From contig CAVRWY010000002.1 in assembly GCA_963725045.1 (NCBI GenBank), positions 238,864 through 302,863 of the forward strand: 64,000 nt of DNA, given 5' to 3'. The notes beneath the pieces are model-generated. The model did no database searches and was not told the origin of the DNA. It saw only the letters and a program-made list of their open reading frames with translations. The position numbers and the translations under genes are program-made. The stretch's first letter is position 1. Each line of letters starts with the position of its first letter. This DNA comes from an uncultured Gemmatimonadales bacterium. GTDB lineage: Bacteria; ARS69. Of this stretch, positions 20,707 to 31,044 are shown piece after piece.

Positions 20707-22314
20707 ATGGCACCTAGCTACAACCGCGTTCGCCGAGCTTTCCCGATCCGTCCCACAACGACCGCACTCCTTCTTCCGGCCCTGTTCCTGACTTTGGGCC
20801 TCGCCATGCCGCGTTGGGCTGGAGCGTCGTCGATTCGTCCGGATGGGCTCCTTCTCGTGAACGGGAAAATCATCTATCCCATCGGACTCGTCGAAATCGG
20901 GTCGGATCGGTACTCGGATTGGAACGACCGAATTCGCCAGTCGAAAGCAAACATCGTCTGGGACATCGAGCGGGCGTACATGAACACGGCGCCGACTTGC
21001 GCCGCGATCGTCGATTCCGCGGAAGCGACCGGCTACACGCTGCTCCTCGGCTCGGGGGACACGTGGAATTGGGACGACCCGGAAACTCCGCAGTACGAAG
21101 TCGACCAGTGGATGTACGAGCCCAACGAGCTCCAGCAGCTGCTGAATTGCCTCGGAAATCCGCAGTCCTTCGCCGGTTTCGCGAATCGCGACGAGCCCGG
21201 TTGGTGCATCTCGCGCGACATGATCGGCGACATCGATTTCCCGCACGTGTACGACACGTACGATCAGATCCACGACCATGTTTACACGGTCGTGGCGATG
21301 AACCATGCGCCCGTGCACCTCTCGGGAGACATCGAGCAGTGGAAGGACGAGATCATCTCGTATCGCGATGCGACCGACGCGGTGATGTTCGCGAGCTATC
21401 CCTACCCGGCCGGGCCCGGGACCTGCGGGGAATGGAACGTGCTCGGCTACCCGGAATGCCCCCTAGACCGCCTCGCGGTGGGCGCCGACATCTTCCGCCT
21501 CGAGCTCAACAAGCCCGGGCAACCTCTCTGGATGATCATCCAGGCGTTCAAGAACATCCCCCTCAAGGAAGCGCGCTGGGAGGCGTACGCCTCGATCATT
21601 CACGGGGCCAAGGGCATTTTCTGGGCGGGCTGGAACTGGACGCACATTCAGGGCAACGGCGAGCAGAACTGGCCGGTGATCAAGCAAGTGATCAACGAGA
21701 TCGCGTACTTCCATCCCTTCCTGGTCAAGAACGACGTCTCCGGAATCACCACCAGCGTTCCGGACGTGGAGGCCGCGGGAAAGCGCCTCCTGAACAACAA
21801 GACGGCGGTCTTTGCGATCTCCAGGAACGGGTACGCGGGGAACGCGTGGATCTACTTGCCGGGAGCCGGAAACGGTCGTGTGTTCCTCCCCCATGAAAAC
21901 GGTCGCTACATGTACGCCTCGAACGGTTGGATCACCGATCACTTCGAAGCGTACGAGGGACACGCCTATCGCTACCTGACCACGTCGGTCGCCGACGTAG
22001 ACGACGTGGGCGTCGGGGACCTTCCCTCGGTGATCGATCGCCTGACCGTGCAGTCGGCTCCGAATCCTTCCACGGGGATCACCACTGCTCAGTTCGCCCT
22101 TCCCGCGGATGCCGCCATCTCGATCACCGTCTACGATGCGGCGGGTCGAAAGGTCGCGGTGGCGGGAAGCGGAACGTTTGCGGCGGGACACCACGAGGTC
22201 GTCTGGAACGGTCGCGACGCGCGCGGCAACATGGTGGCCCCGGGGCTGTACTTCCTTCGTGCGGAAACGACGCGCGGGGAGACGGCTTCCGCGAAGGTCA
22301 TCATTCAGCGCTAG
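20707..22314 (+). CDS. Secreted glycoside-hydrolase-like (TIM-barrel) protein with FlgD-Ig CTD
   Basis: AGGAGG RBS; signal peptide ending WAGA-S; FANRDEPGW, YPYP, PLWMIIQAF and IIHGAKGIFW motifs; PNPS...WNGRD...GLYFLR. Candidate promoter TTGTGT-N18-TAGAAT at 20606-20635. Confidence 0.75.
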   Translation: MAPSYNRVRRAFPIRPTTTALLLPALFLTLGLAMPRWAGASSIRPDGLLLVNGKIIYPIGLVEIGSDRYSDWNDRIRQSKANIVWDIERAYMNTAPTCAAIVDSAEATGYTLLLGSGDTWNWDDPETPQYEVDQWMYEPNELQQLLNCLGNPQSFAGFANRDEPGWCISRDMIGDIDFPHVYDTYDQIHDHVYTVVAMNHAPVHLSGDIEQWKDEIISYRDATDAVMFASYPYPAGPGTCGEWNVLGYPECPLDRLAVGADIFRLELNKPGQPLWMIIQAFKNIPLKEARWEAYASIIHGAKGIFWAGWNWTHIQGNGEQNWPVIKQVINEIAYFHPFLVKNDVSGITTSVPDVEAAGKRLLNNKTAVFAISRNGYAGNAWIYLPGAGNGRVFLPHENGRYMYASNGWITDHFEAYEGHAYRYLTTSVADVDDVGVGDLPSVIDRLTVQSAPNPSTGITTAQFALPADAAISITVYDAAGRKVAVAGSGTFAAGHHEVVWNGRDARGNMVAPGLYFLRAETTRGETASAKVIIQR

Positions 22315-22380
22315 CGCGGGCGGGCGCAGAGCAGCGTTCGCGAGAGCGACCGCCGGCAGGGCGCACCGAAACGATCGCCG

Positions 22381-22436
22381 GGCGAAAAAAGGGGCCGCTC
22401 CTCCGAAGGGGGGAGCGGCCTTCGCTCTTTTTCGCC
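22381..22436. terminator. Bidirectional intrinsic terminator
   Basis: AAAAAA-GGGGCCGCTCCTCC-gaag-GGGGGAGCGGCCTT...TTTTT between convergent genes. Confidence 0.8.
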
Positions 22437-22443
22437 GGAAGCT

Positions 22444-22971
22444 TTACGCCCGGACGCTCTGAGCTTCCTTGGCAGCCTGCAAGACCGCGTCGAACTTCGG
22501 CTGTTCGCCGACTTCCGGGACGAGCTCCACGTAGGTCACTTCCCCGGCGGCATTCACCACGAACGCGGCCCGCGCGAGCAGACGGATCTCCTTGATCAAG
22601 ACGCCGTACGCGAGACCGAAGCTCGTGTCCCGGTGGTCGGACCCCGTCGTGACGTTGGTGACTCCCGCGGTCCCGCACCAACGCTTCTGCGCGAACGGCA
22701 GGTCCACGCTCACGACGATGATTTCCGTGTTCGGAACCTCGCCGGCCCGCTTGGAGAAGGTCTTCACCTCTGTATCGCAGACCGGCGTGTCCAGAGACGG
22801 AACGCTCAAGAAGATCCGAGTCTTCCCCGCGGTGCTCGCGAGAGTGACCGGACTCATGTCGTTCGCGAGCACCGTGAAGTCCGGCGCCTTTTGCCCGGGA
22901 CGGACCGGTGTTCCCATGAGCGTCATCGGATTGCCCTTCAGCGTGACCGCGTTCGCCCGTTCTTGAACCAT
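22444..22971 (-). CDS. tpx: Thiol peroxidase (atypical 2-Cys peroxiredoxin)
   Basis: VTLKGNP, VPSLDTPVC, SVDLPFAQKRWC and LLARAAFV motifs. Confidence 0.95.
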   Translation of the reverse strand: MVQERANAVTLKGNPMTLMGTPVRPGQKAPDFTVLANDMSPVTLASTAGKTRIFLSVPSLDTPVCDTEVKTFSKRAGEVPNTEIIVVSVDLPFAQKRWCGTAGVTNVTTGSDHRDTSFGLAYGVLIKEIRLLARAAFVVNAAGEVTYVELVPEVGEQPKFDAVLQAAKEAQSVRA

Positions 22972-23238
22972 GACGAGTTCCTTCCGGTGGGGGATGAAAT
23001 TGGATTCCGGAGCGAGGGCGCGATGATCCGGGACCCGTCGCGGCCATGTCAAGGAACGGCGCCGCCGGCATCGGGTCCTTCGCCGCCTCGAAAAATTTTC
23101 CGGAACCCATTTCTCCACCGGGGGGTATGACCCCGCGAACGAAGACTGGGAGCAGCGACCCGGGATTCGAGACTTCTGAGGATGCATGGGACGCACGTTC
23201 GCGCGCACGATCGACCCCCGCGCGCGGGCGGAACAGGG

Positions 23239-23269
23239 GAGACGGCGCTCACGGCCGTCTCTTTCTTTT
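23239..23269 (+). terminator. Leader terminator (attenuator) upstream of Hcy methyltransferase gene
   Basis: GAGACGGC-gctcacg-GCCGTCTC followed by TTTCTTTT, 39 nt before ATG 23308, with no upstream + strand gene to terminate. Confidence 0.65.
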
Positions 23270-23307
23270 GGTGGTCCGACCTCCCGCCGGAACCGTAATC
23301 TGGACCA

Positions 23308-25189
23308 ATGAAGCAAAACATCCTCGATCGCTTGGAGCAAGGCCCCCTCGTCGGCGACGGCGCGATGGGGACGATGCTCTATGCCAAGGGCATCTTCATC
23401 AATCGATGCTTCGACGAGCTGAACTTCTCGTCGCCGGAGCTGGTCCGCGAGATCCACCGCGAGTATCTGGAAGCCGGGGCCGAGATCCTCGAAACGAACA
23501 CGTTCGGCGCGAACTCATTCAAGCTGGAGCCGCACGGCCTCGGGAATCGCGTGGCGGAGATCAACCGGCGCGGGGCCGAGATCGCGCGGGAAGCCGCCGG
23601 CGAGGTCGCCTACGTGGCAGGCTCGATCGGGCCGCTCGGGGTTCCCATCGAGCCCATCGGCCGCATCGGGTTCGACGAGGCCCGCGCCGCGTTCGCGGTT
23701 CAGGCCAAGGCCCTCGCCGAGGGTGGCGTCGACCTCTTCATTCTGGAGACGTTCCATCGCCTGGAAGAGATGCGCGAGGCGATTCGAGGTGTCCGCGAGG
23801 TCAGCGACAAGCCCGTGGTCGCGCTCATGAGCGTCACCGAGGAAGACATTTCCGCGCTCGGCGATCCCGCGTCGAAGATTGCGTCGTCCTTGGACGAATG
23901 GGGCGCGGACGTCATCGGTTTCAACTGCTCGGTCGGTCCGCAGCCGATGCTGAAGGCGATCGACGTAATGCGCGAGTTCACGCGCCGGCCGCTGTGCGCG
24001 ATGCCCAACGCGGGAACGCCGCGGCTCGTCGAGGGGCGCTATCTCTACCTTTCGTCCCCCGAATATTTCGCGAAGTACGCGCGGCGCTTTCTCCGTTCCG
24101 GCGTGCGCATCGTGGGCGGATGCTGCGGGACGACTCCCGCGCACATTCGCGCGATTCGCGCGGCGGTGCGCTCGATCACGCCGGAGGATGTGCGCGGCAC
24201 GGCGGTCCCGGCGCCGCCCCCGCGCATCGAGATTCGCGAGGAAGGGCCGCGGCCGGTCGCGCGGGAACTGAAGTCGGGGCTCGCCGCCAAGATCGCCGCC
24301 GGGCGTTTCGTTTCCTCCGTGGAGATCGCCCCACCCAAGAGTCCCGATCCCGCGAAAGCGCTGGCGCGCATCGCGCGGCTCAAGGAATCGGGCGTGGACG
24401 CAGTGAACATTCCCGACGGCCCGCGCGCTTCGGCGCGCATGTCCACGCTGGCACTCGCCGTACTGGCGGAGCGCGAGGTCGGGATGGAAGTGATCGTCCA
24501 TTACTGCTGCCGCGATCGAAATCTTCTGGGCATGCAGTCGGATCTCTTGGGCGCGGGCGCGCTCGGGTGTCCGCAACGTGCTGATCGTCACCGGGGATCC
24601 GCCGAAGCTCGGCGACTATCCGTCGGCCACCGCGGTCTTCGACGTCGATTCGATCGGGCTCATGCAGATCGCGAATCGACTGAATCATGCGCAGGATCTC
24701 GTCGGCAACCCGATCGACAAGCCAACGGCACTGCACTTGGGCTGCGCGGCGAATCCCGCGGCGATCAATCTCGACGAAGAGGTTCGCCGCTTCGAGTACA
24801 AGGTCGAAGCCGGCGCGGAGTTCGCGATGACCCAGCCGGTCTACGATCCGCGCGTGTTCGAGCGCTTCGTGAAGCGCATCGAGCACTGCCGCATTCCGAT
24901 TCTCGTCGGCATCCTGCCGCTGCGCAGCTTTCGTAATGCCGAGTTCCTCTCCAACGAAGTGCCGGGAATGGAAGTCCCGAGCGCGATTCTCGAGCGGATG
25001 GCCCAGGCCGAGTCCCCGGAGGCGGCGCGCGCCGCCGGAATCGCGATCGCCCGCGAAGCGCTCGCCGATTGCATTCCCATGTGCCAGGGGGTCTACGTGA
25101 TGCCGCCGTTCGGAGACGTGGCCGCGGCGATCGAAGTGGTGGAATCCGTTCCCGAAGATCTGCGGGGCGCGAAGCCGATCTCGAAGTAG
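23308..25189 (+). CDS. yitJ: Bifunctional homocysteine S-methyltransferase / methylenetetrahydrofolate reductase (frameshift near 24570)
   Basis: DGAMGT, ETNTFGAN, GFNCSVGP, PNAG and GGCCGTTP motifs; MTHFR half with NIPDGPRA, CRDRN, TGDPPK, TQPVYD and NEVPG. Confidence 0.92.
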
Positions 25190-27896
25190 CTCGATCTTCT
25201 GATCGAGGCGAAGCATCGTCATGGGCGGGAACACCTCCCGCGCCAGCTCCTGCGTCTCCGTCGTACTCGACGGCGCGCAGGTTCTCCACCGCCTTCGTCT
25301 CCGCGGTGAAGCCCACGCCGTTCCCCTCGGTGACCGCGAGATTCCACGCCAGGATCGAGTTCGTCTGCGCATCCAGGATCTTGGAATTCACCAGGCGCTG
25401 CACGGCGTCGTCGAACTCTTGTTGCGTGAATCCCTTCGATGCGTAGCGCGCGAGGTCATCTTGAAACATTCCCAGAATCTCGTCGAAGCGCTCACGCTTC
25501 ACGTCGTTCTCCAGGATCCAGGTTCCCGAACCCAGGTTCGGCCAGAAGCGCACCCAGCTCCGATAGGACACGCCTTCTCCGTACACGTACTTGTAGAAGT
25601 GATCGTTGCCGGCGACCTGGCTCAGCACCGTGGACGGCCACCATTTCGGCGCGCCGTAGGCGACGCCCGGCTTGCCCCAGTTCACGGTCCAGTAGTCGCG
25701 CCCGCGCTCCAGCGTTTGCACTGCATCGGGAGGATCGAACGTCCAGCCCGTCGGAGCCGTCGTCGCGACCGGGCCTGCGCGCCGTGCCGGGACGTCCGCC
25801 CAGTGCGCCGCGATCCACGTTCCGACTTCGTCCGCGCGAACGTCGCCGACGATCGCGATCACGCAGCGGTCCGGCGTCCACGCCGACTCGTGAAACTTGG
25901 CGAGATCGCTCGGGCGGATCGACGTGATCGATTCCTTCGTCCCCACCGTGGGATTCCCGTAGGGATGTCCGGAGTAGGCGCGGATGTAGAACTCCTGCTT
26001 CAAGAGCTCGAGCTGATTCTCCTCGATGGCTCCGATCTCGGTCAGCAGATCGGCGCGCACGCGCTCCACTTCGGCGGTGTCGAACGCGGGGAAGAACATC
26101 GATTCCTTGAGGCAGGCGAGAAGCTCCTTCCACTGGGTGGCCAGCCCGTTGTAGTGGTGCGCTCCCGCGTCGCGGTAGTCGACGTTGCGCGACGTGTTGG
26201 CGCGGCTGCCCACCGAGACGTGGGTCGATGCGGTGGCTCCGAGCGAAGCCAGATAGCGCTGGAATCCTTCTTCGTTCCAGCGACGCGTGGAGGCGAGCCC
26301 CAGCTCCGCGGTGAAGCGGTTGATTCCGACCTGGCCCGCGGGCTCGACCCACTGGCCGCCGAGCATGCGCCCGGAAATGGCGACGAGAGAAGTCGCGCTC
26401 GTCGGCCGGATCAGCACGCAAAGACCATTCGCGAACGTGAGCTTCGTGACTCCATCGACCGCCGGCGACGTCTCGAATGCGAGCGGCGCCGCGGCCGGCG
26501 GCTGCAGCGCGCCCGGCGCGTCGAGCGAGAGCAGCGGCGGTCGTTCGGGGGCGCGCGGCGTCACCTTCGCCACGGCCGCGCTGTCGGGATCGAAGCTCTC
26601 CGGGAACACGACCGAGGTGACGAATCGGCGCGGCACGAGGTGGCGTTCCTTCGCCGCTTGAATCTCCGCGGCGGTGACCGCGCCGAGGCGATCGGCCCAC
26701 GCGGCGGCGCCCTCGACTCCCGAGCGACTGGCGAGGAAGCCCAAGCGCTCGGCGCGCTTCGCGGCGGTGTCGCGCCCGCGCTCCTCGCCCGCCAAGAGCG
26801 CGCGGCGCGCGCTTTCGATCGTCTCGGGCGGGAGCTTGGTCACGTCGAACGTCACCAGAAAGTCCTCGAGGAACGCTTCGACCGCCGCTTCCTTCGCGGG
26901 ATCCATGCGCGCGTTCACGTTGAACTGTCCGAAATCGCGCATCGCGTAGTGGCTCGCGGAGACGTTCGAAACCCAGGGCTCTTGGCGCTCCAGGTATTGC
27001 GGCAAACCGACGGAAGGATCGCCGAGAATTTCCGCGAGCAGCGCGAGAGCGGGTGCATCCGCGTCCGCTCCTCCGGGCGTCACGACGCCCAACTGCAGCA
27101 TTCCCGACGTCGCTTGCGGCAAGAACTCGACGCGCCGGCGCGGTCCGCGAATGGCGGGCTCCACGATTCCGAGCTCGAAATCCTCCGGTCCCTTGGCGTC
27201 CTTTCCCCACGCCTTCTCGAGCTGCGCCAGCATCTCCTTCTCTTCGAAGTCGCCGGCGACGGACACGATCATGTGATTGGGCGTGAAGCGGTCGCGGTAG
27301 TACTTCTCGGTGGCGTGCATCTCCAGACCGAGAATCGCTTCCTGCGTTCCGATCACGGAGCGGCCGTAGGGATGCTCGGCGAACGCGATCGCTTCCCACG
27401 CTTCTCCGAGCGCATCGCTCGGCTCTTCGCGTCCCTGTTGCATTTCTTGAAGGACGACGCGCTTTTCGTCCTCGAACCATTGTTCTTCGAAGCGCAGATC
27501 GTGCAGCGCTTCGTGGAAGATCGCCAGCGCCTCCGGGAAATTCTCCTTGGGAACCTCGAAGCCGAAGTTGATCTCGTCGTCCCAGGTCCATCCGCCGGAC
27601 TCGCGCCCGATCGTGGAGACCTTCTTGCGGAACTCGGTCGGCTTCATGTTCGGCGTTCCGCCCTTGTAGACCAGGTGCTCGATGTAATGCAGAGAACCCT
27701 GGTAGTGCTCGTCCTCGGTGCGCCCGCCCGTGGTCACGAACGCGGAGAGCGCGACCACCGGGTGCGCCGGAGACGGAGAGAGCAGGACGGTGAGCCCGTT
27801 GGAGAGCCGGTGCGAGGTGAACGGTGGTGCGGCCGCCGACGGAGCGCCGGCGAGGACGACCGAGCATGCGATGGCGAGGAGAAGCAGGGCGCGCAC
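25190..27896 (-). CDS. Secreted M16 family (pitrilysin/insulinase) zinc peptidase; 3' end approximate because of a frameshift
   Basis: Signal peptide; LSNGLTV, HYIEH (HxxEH), EKRVVLQE and HPYG...G motifs; second degenerate M16 half. Confidence 0.88.
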
Positions 27897-28022
27897 TCCG
27901 GGAATCTAACGCAGCGCAGCGATGGGGGAGAAGCGCGAACGTGACCGCGAGGGTGCGAACGGCGCCTTGCATGCCTTCGTGGCCCCTTGTACCCTCTTCC
28001 GCTCCTTCACGAGGACGTGCAA

Positions 28023-29130
28023 ATGAAAGTCGGCATCGTCGGGATCCCCACCTCGGGGAAATCCACCCTCTTCAACGCCCTCACGCGCGGGAAGGCCGAG
28101 ACCGGCCGGTTCGGTGCCGCCCGCGCCGAAATGAATCGGGGGCGCACCGAGGTGCCGGACGCACGCCTGGAATGGCTCGCCGACCTCCACAAGCCGAAGA
28201 AGAAGACCCGCGCCGCCGTCGACTTCCTGGACATCCCCGGGATTGCGCCTGGATCCATGGAGAAGGGCACCGCCGCGCTTCTCGCGGACTTGAGGACCGT
28301 GGACGCCTTGGTGCACGTCGTACGCGTGTTCGACGACCCCAAGGTGCCGCACCCCGAGGAGCGCATCGACCCGGTGCGCGACGCGACCAATTTGGAGATG
28401 GAGCTTCTCCTGGCCGATCTCATGATCGTGGAGAAGCGCTTGGAGCGGATCGAGTCGGACTTGAAGAAGGGCCTCTCCAAGGCGGCGCTCGGCGAAGAGA
28501 AGCAGCTTCTCCTGCACTTGAAGGAAGCGCTCGACGAGGGGCGCCCGATTCGGTCCGTTCCCGCGGTGGCCGCGGAAGCGAACAAGATCCGCGGCTACGC
28601 GTTCCTCACGCAGAAGCCGCAGATCCTGGTCGGCAACGTCGGCGAGAAGGACGCGGGCCGCGAAGCGGGAGGCGAGGCGGGGACGCCGGGGGAAGCCGCG
28701 CTCTGCGCCCACGCCACGGCGTGGGGGATTCCGTATCTCGCGGTCGCGTGCCAGATCGAAGCGGAGATCGCGCAGATGTCGGACGCCGACGCGCGCGCCT
28801 TCCTCGAGGATCTCGGAATCAAGGACCCCAGCCGGGATCGCGTCATTCGCACCACGTTCGACGTCCTCTCGCTCATCTCGTTCTTCACGTTCGGCGAGGA
28901 CGAATGCAAAGCGTGGACGCTGGGAAAGGGATCCACCGCGGTGGAAGCGGCGGGGAAGATCCACTCGGACATCGCGCGCGGATTCATTCGCGCCGAGATC
29001 GTCTCCTACGACGACTTTCGTGCCGCCGGGATCCTGGGCGGGCACACGCGACACCGGGCGCTTCCGACTCGAGGGTCGTGAGTACGTGATGCAGGACGGG
29101 GACTGCGTCGTGTTCCGGTTCAACGTTTGA
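28023..29130 (+). CDS. ychF: Redox-regulated ATPase YchF (frameshift near 29035)
   Basis: [50 protein letters not shown]...FRFNV. Confidence 0.95.
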
Positions 29131-29164
29131 CGATGCACGATTCCGCAGCGACGCGGCGCCTTCC

Positions 29165-30997
29165 GTGAGCTGGAAGTCCGCGCTCTCCGTCGCTGCGATC
29201 GCCGCGATCGGATACGCGCTCCTCGAGCTCGCGTTCGTCGTGGAGCGGAATCATCTCCTGCCGTGGGGCGGCGCACACGGCATGCTCGCGTTCCTCTTCT
29301 TCGTCCTGCATGCGCTCGTGGCCGGTGCGGCGGTGCTGGCCGGCGCGCTCCTGGTGCGTGCGTTTCCGGCGCGATTCGCGCCGGCGTTCGCGCTGTTCGC
29401 CCCGATTGCGATTCTCGTGGCGGTTCACGCGATCACGTTCTACCGCGAGCGCGTCAACGTGCTGCCGCGCGACGTCATGGGAACGCTGGTCACGCTGGGA
29501 ATCGCGGCGCTCGCGTTCGGCGCGGCGTGGGCGCTCGCGCGCACCTTGCGCGACCGCCCGCGCACGGCGCGGAACGTGGCGCTGGGGCTCGCCGGCGCTG
29601 ATCGTCGCGGCCGGCGTCGTTCGTGTCGCGACGCTACGCGCCCCTGAGGAAGCGAAAGCGGTGGCGCCGCGCCCGGCCTCCGACGTGTTCCTCGCTTCGC
29701 CGACCCAGCAGCGCGTGCTGGTCTTCGGATTCGACGGCGCGACCTGGGATGTGCTTGGACGAGCTCATCGCCGCCGGGCGCATGCCGAATCTCGCGGCGC
29801 TCGCGGCGCGCGGGCGCACGTTCGCGCTGGAGACGATTCAACCGACGTTCTCGCCGATCATCTGGACGTCGGTCGCGACGGGAAAGTCACGCTTCCAACA
29901 CGGCATCCACGACGTCGTGCAGGCCAAGCTCCCCGGCGGCACCATTCTCCATCGCTCTCCCGAGCGGACCGCATTCCTCACCAAGACCACGGGAGTCTTC
30001 TTCCGCTTCCTGCACGATCGGCACTTGATCGAGCTCGTTCCGTACCGCAGCTCGCAGATTCGCGCGACGTCGGTGTTCGAGGCGGCGAGCGAGGCGCACC
30101 TGCGCACGAACCTCGTGGAATGGTACGTGAGCTGGCCCGCGCGCCCGCTTTCGGGAGTGAACGTATCGGACCGGTTCCATCTGCAAGAGCCAGGGATGGA
30201 GCCTCTGCCTGGCGCCGTCGCTCCCGATTCCGCGAATGCACTGCTGCGCCCGCTCGTCGTCGCTCCGTCGGCGATCCCGGAAGAGGATCTGCTCGAGCTC
30301 GTCGATACGGCCGGACTCTCCTCCGAGGAGCGTGCAGCGTGGGCGAAGGATCATCACGGGCTCATGGAGGAGATCCGCATCAATCTTGGCGCGCGATCTC
30401 ACCACGCGAAACGTCGCCGTTCTCACTTTTGGAGCAGGACCGCGACTGGCGGCTCTTCGGCGTCTACTTTCGCGCGGTGGACGTGTCGCATCACCTCACC
30501 TGGAAGTATCGCGGTGCGGCGGGGGACGAGGCGAAGCTGCGCGAAGATCCGAACCTTCGACTGCGCACGGTCGTCGATCGCTATCACGAGATCATGGATC
30601 GGATCGTCGGCGACATTCTGGCGCGCACGCCGGGGACGCCGCCATGCTCGTGCTCTCCGATCACGGCTTCGAGGACCGTTACGGACACTCGCGCGCGCCG
30701 GAAGGTTTCGCCATCGCGGCGGGAGGCGCATTTCTCCCCAGCGCGGAACGCGGGCGTCTCCATATCGAAGAGGTGGCGCCGACGATCGCCGCGATGCTCG
30801 GCATCGCCATCCCCGACGATCTTCCCCGAAAGCCGCGCACCGACTTGCTGAATCCCGCGTTATTGGCGGCGCATCCGCTTCGCCTCGTGGCCACGTGGGA
30901 GCGCGAGGATCGCCACGCCGACGACGGCGAAAACATGGCGGGCGCCATGGACGAAGACGAGATCGAGCGCCTGCGCGCGATCGGCTACATCAAGTAG
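29165..30997 (+). CDS. Membrane-anchored alkaline phosphatase superfamily protein (type I phosphodiesterase/nucleotide pyrophosphatase), several frameshifts
   Basis: About 5 N-terminal TM helices; FGFDGATW, SPIIWTSVATG, DVSHH, SDHGF, VAPTI and ERLRAIGYI motifs. Confidence 0.85.
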
Positions 30998-31044
30998 CGA
31001 GCCGAAGAGAGCTCGCGGCCGGCGCAACGGGTGTCGGACGCCGC

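Noticed and set aside
23145-23252. Canonical SAH or SAM-I riboswitch call
   Set aside because: Only the ACGGCGCTCA fragment matches. The GAGGAGCGCTGC and CCAGGCTC (SAH) and ATCAAGAG/GCAACC/GTGC (SAM-I) cores are absent, so it is kept only as an unclassified attenuator.
25221-27972. Very long alternative ORFs (907 aa +, 826 aa -) and similar Arg/Ala-rich shadow ORFs throughout
   Set aside because: Antisense or off-frame shadows of real genes, expected in high-GC DNA; low-complexity R/A/G/P composition and no motifs.
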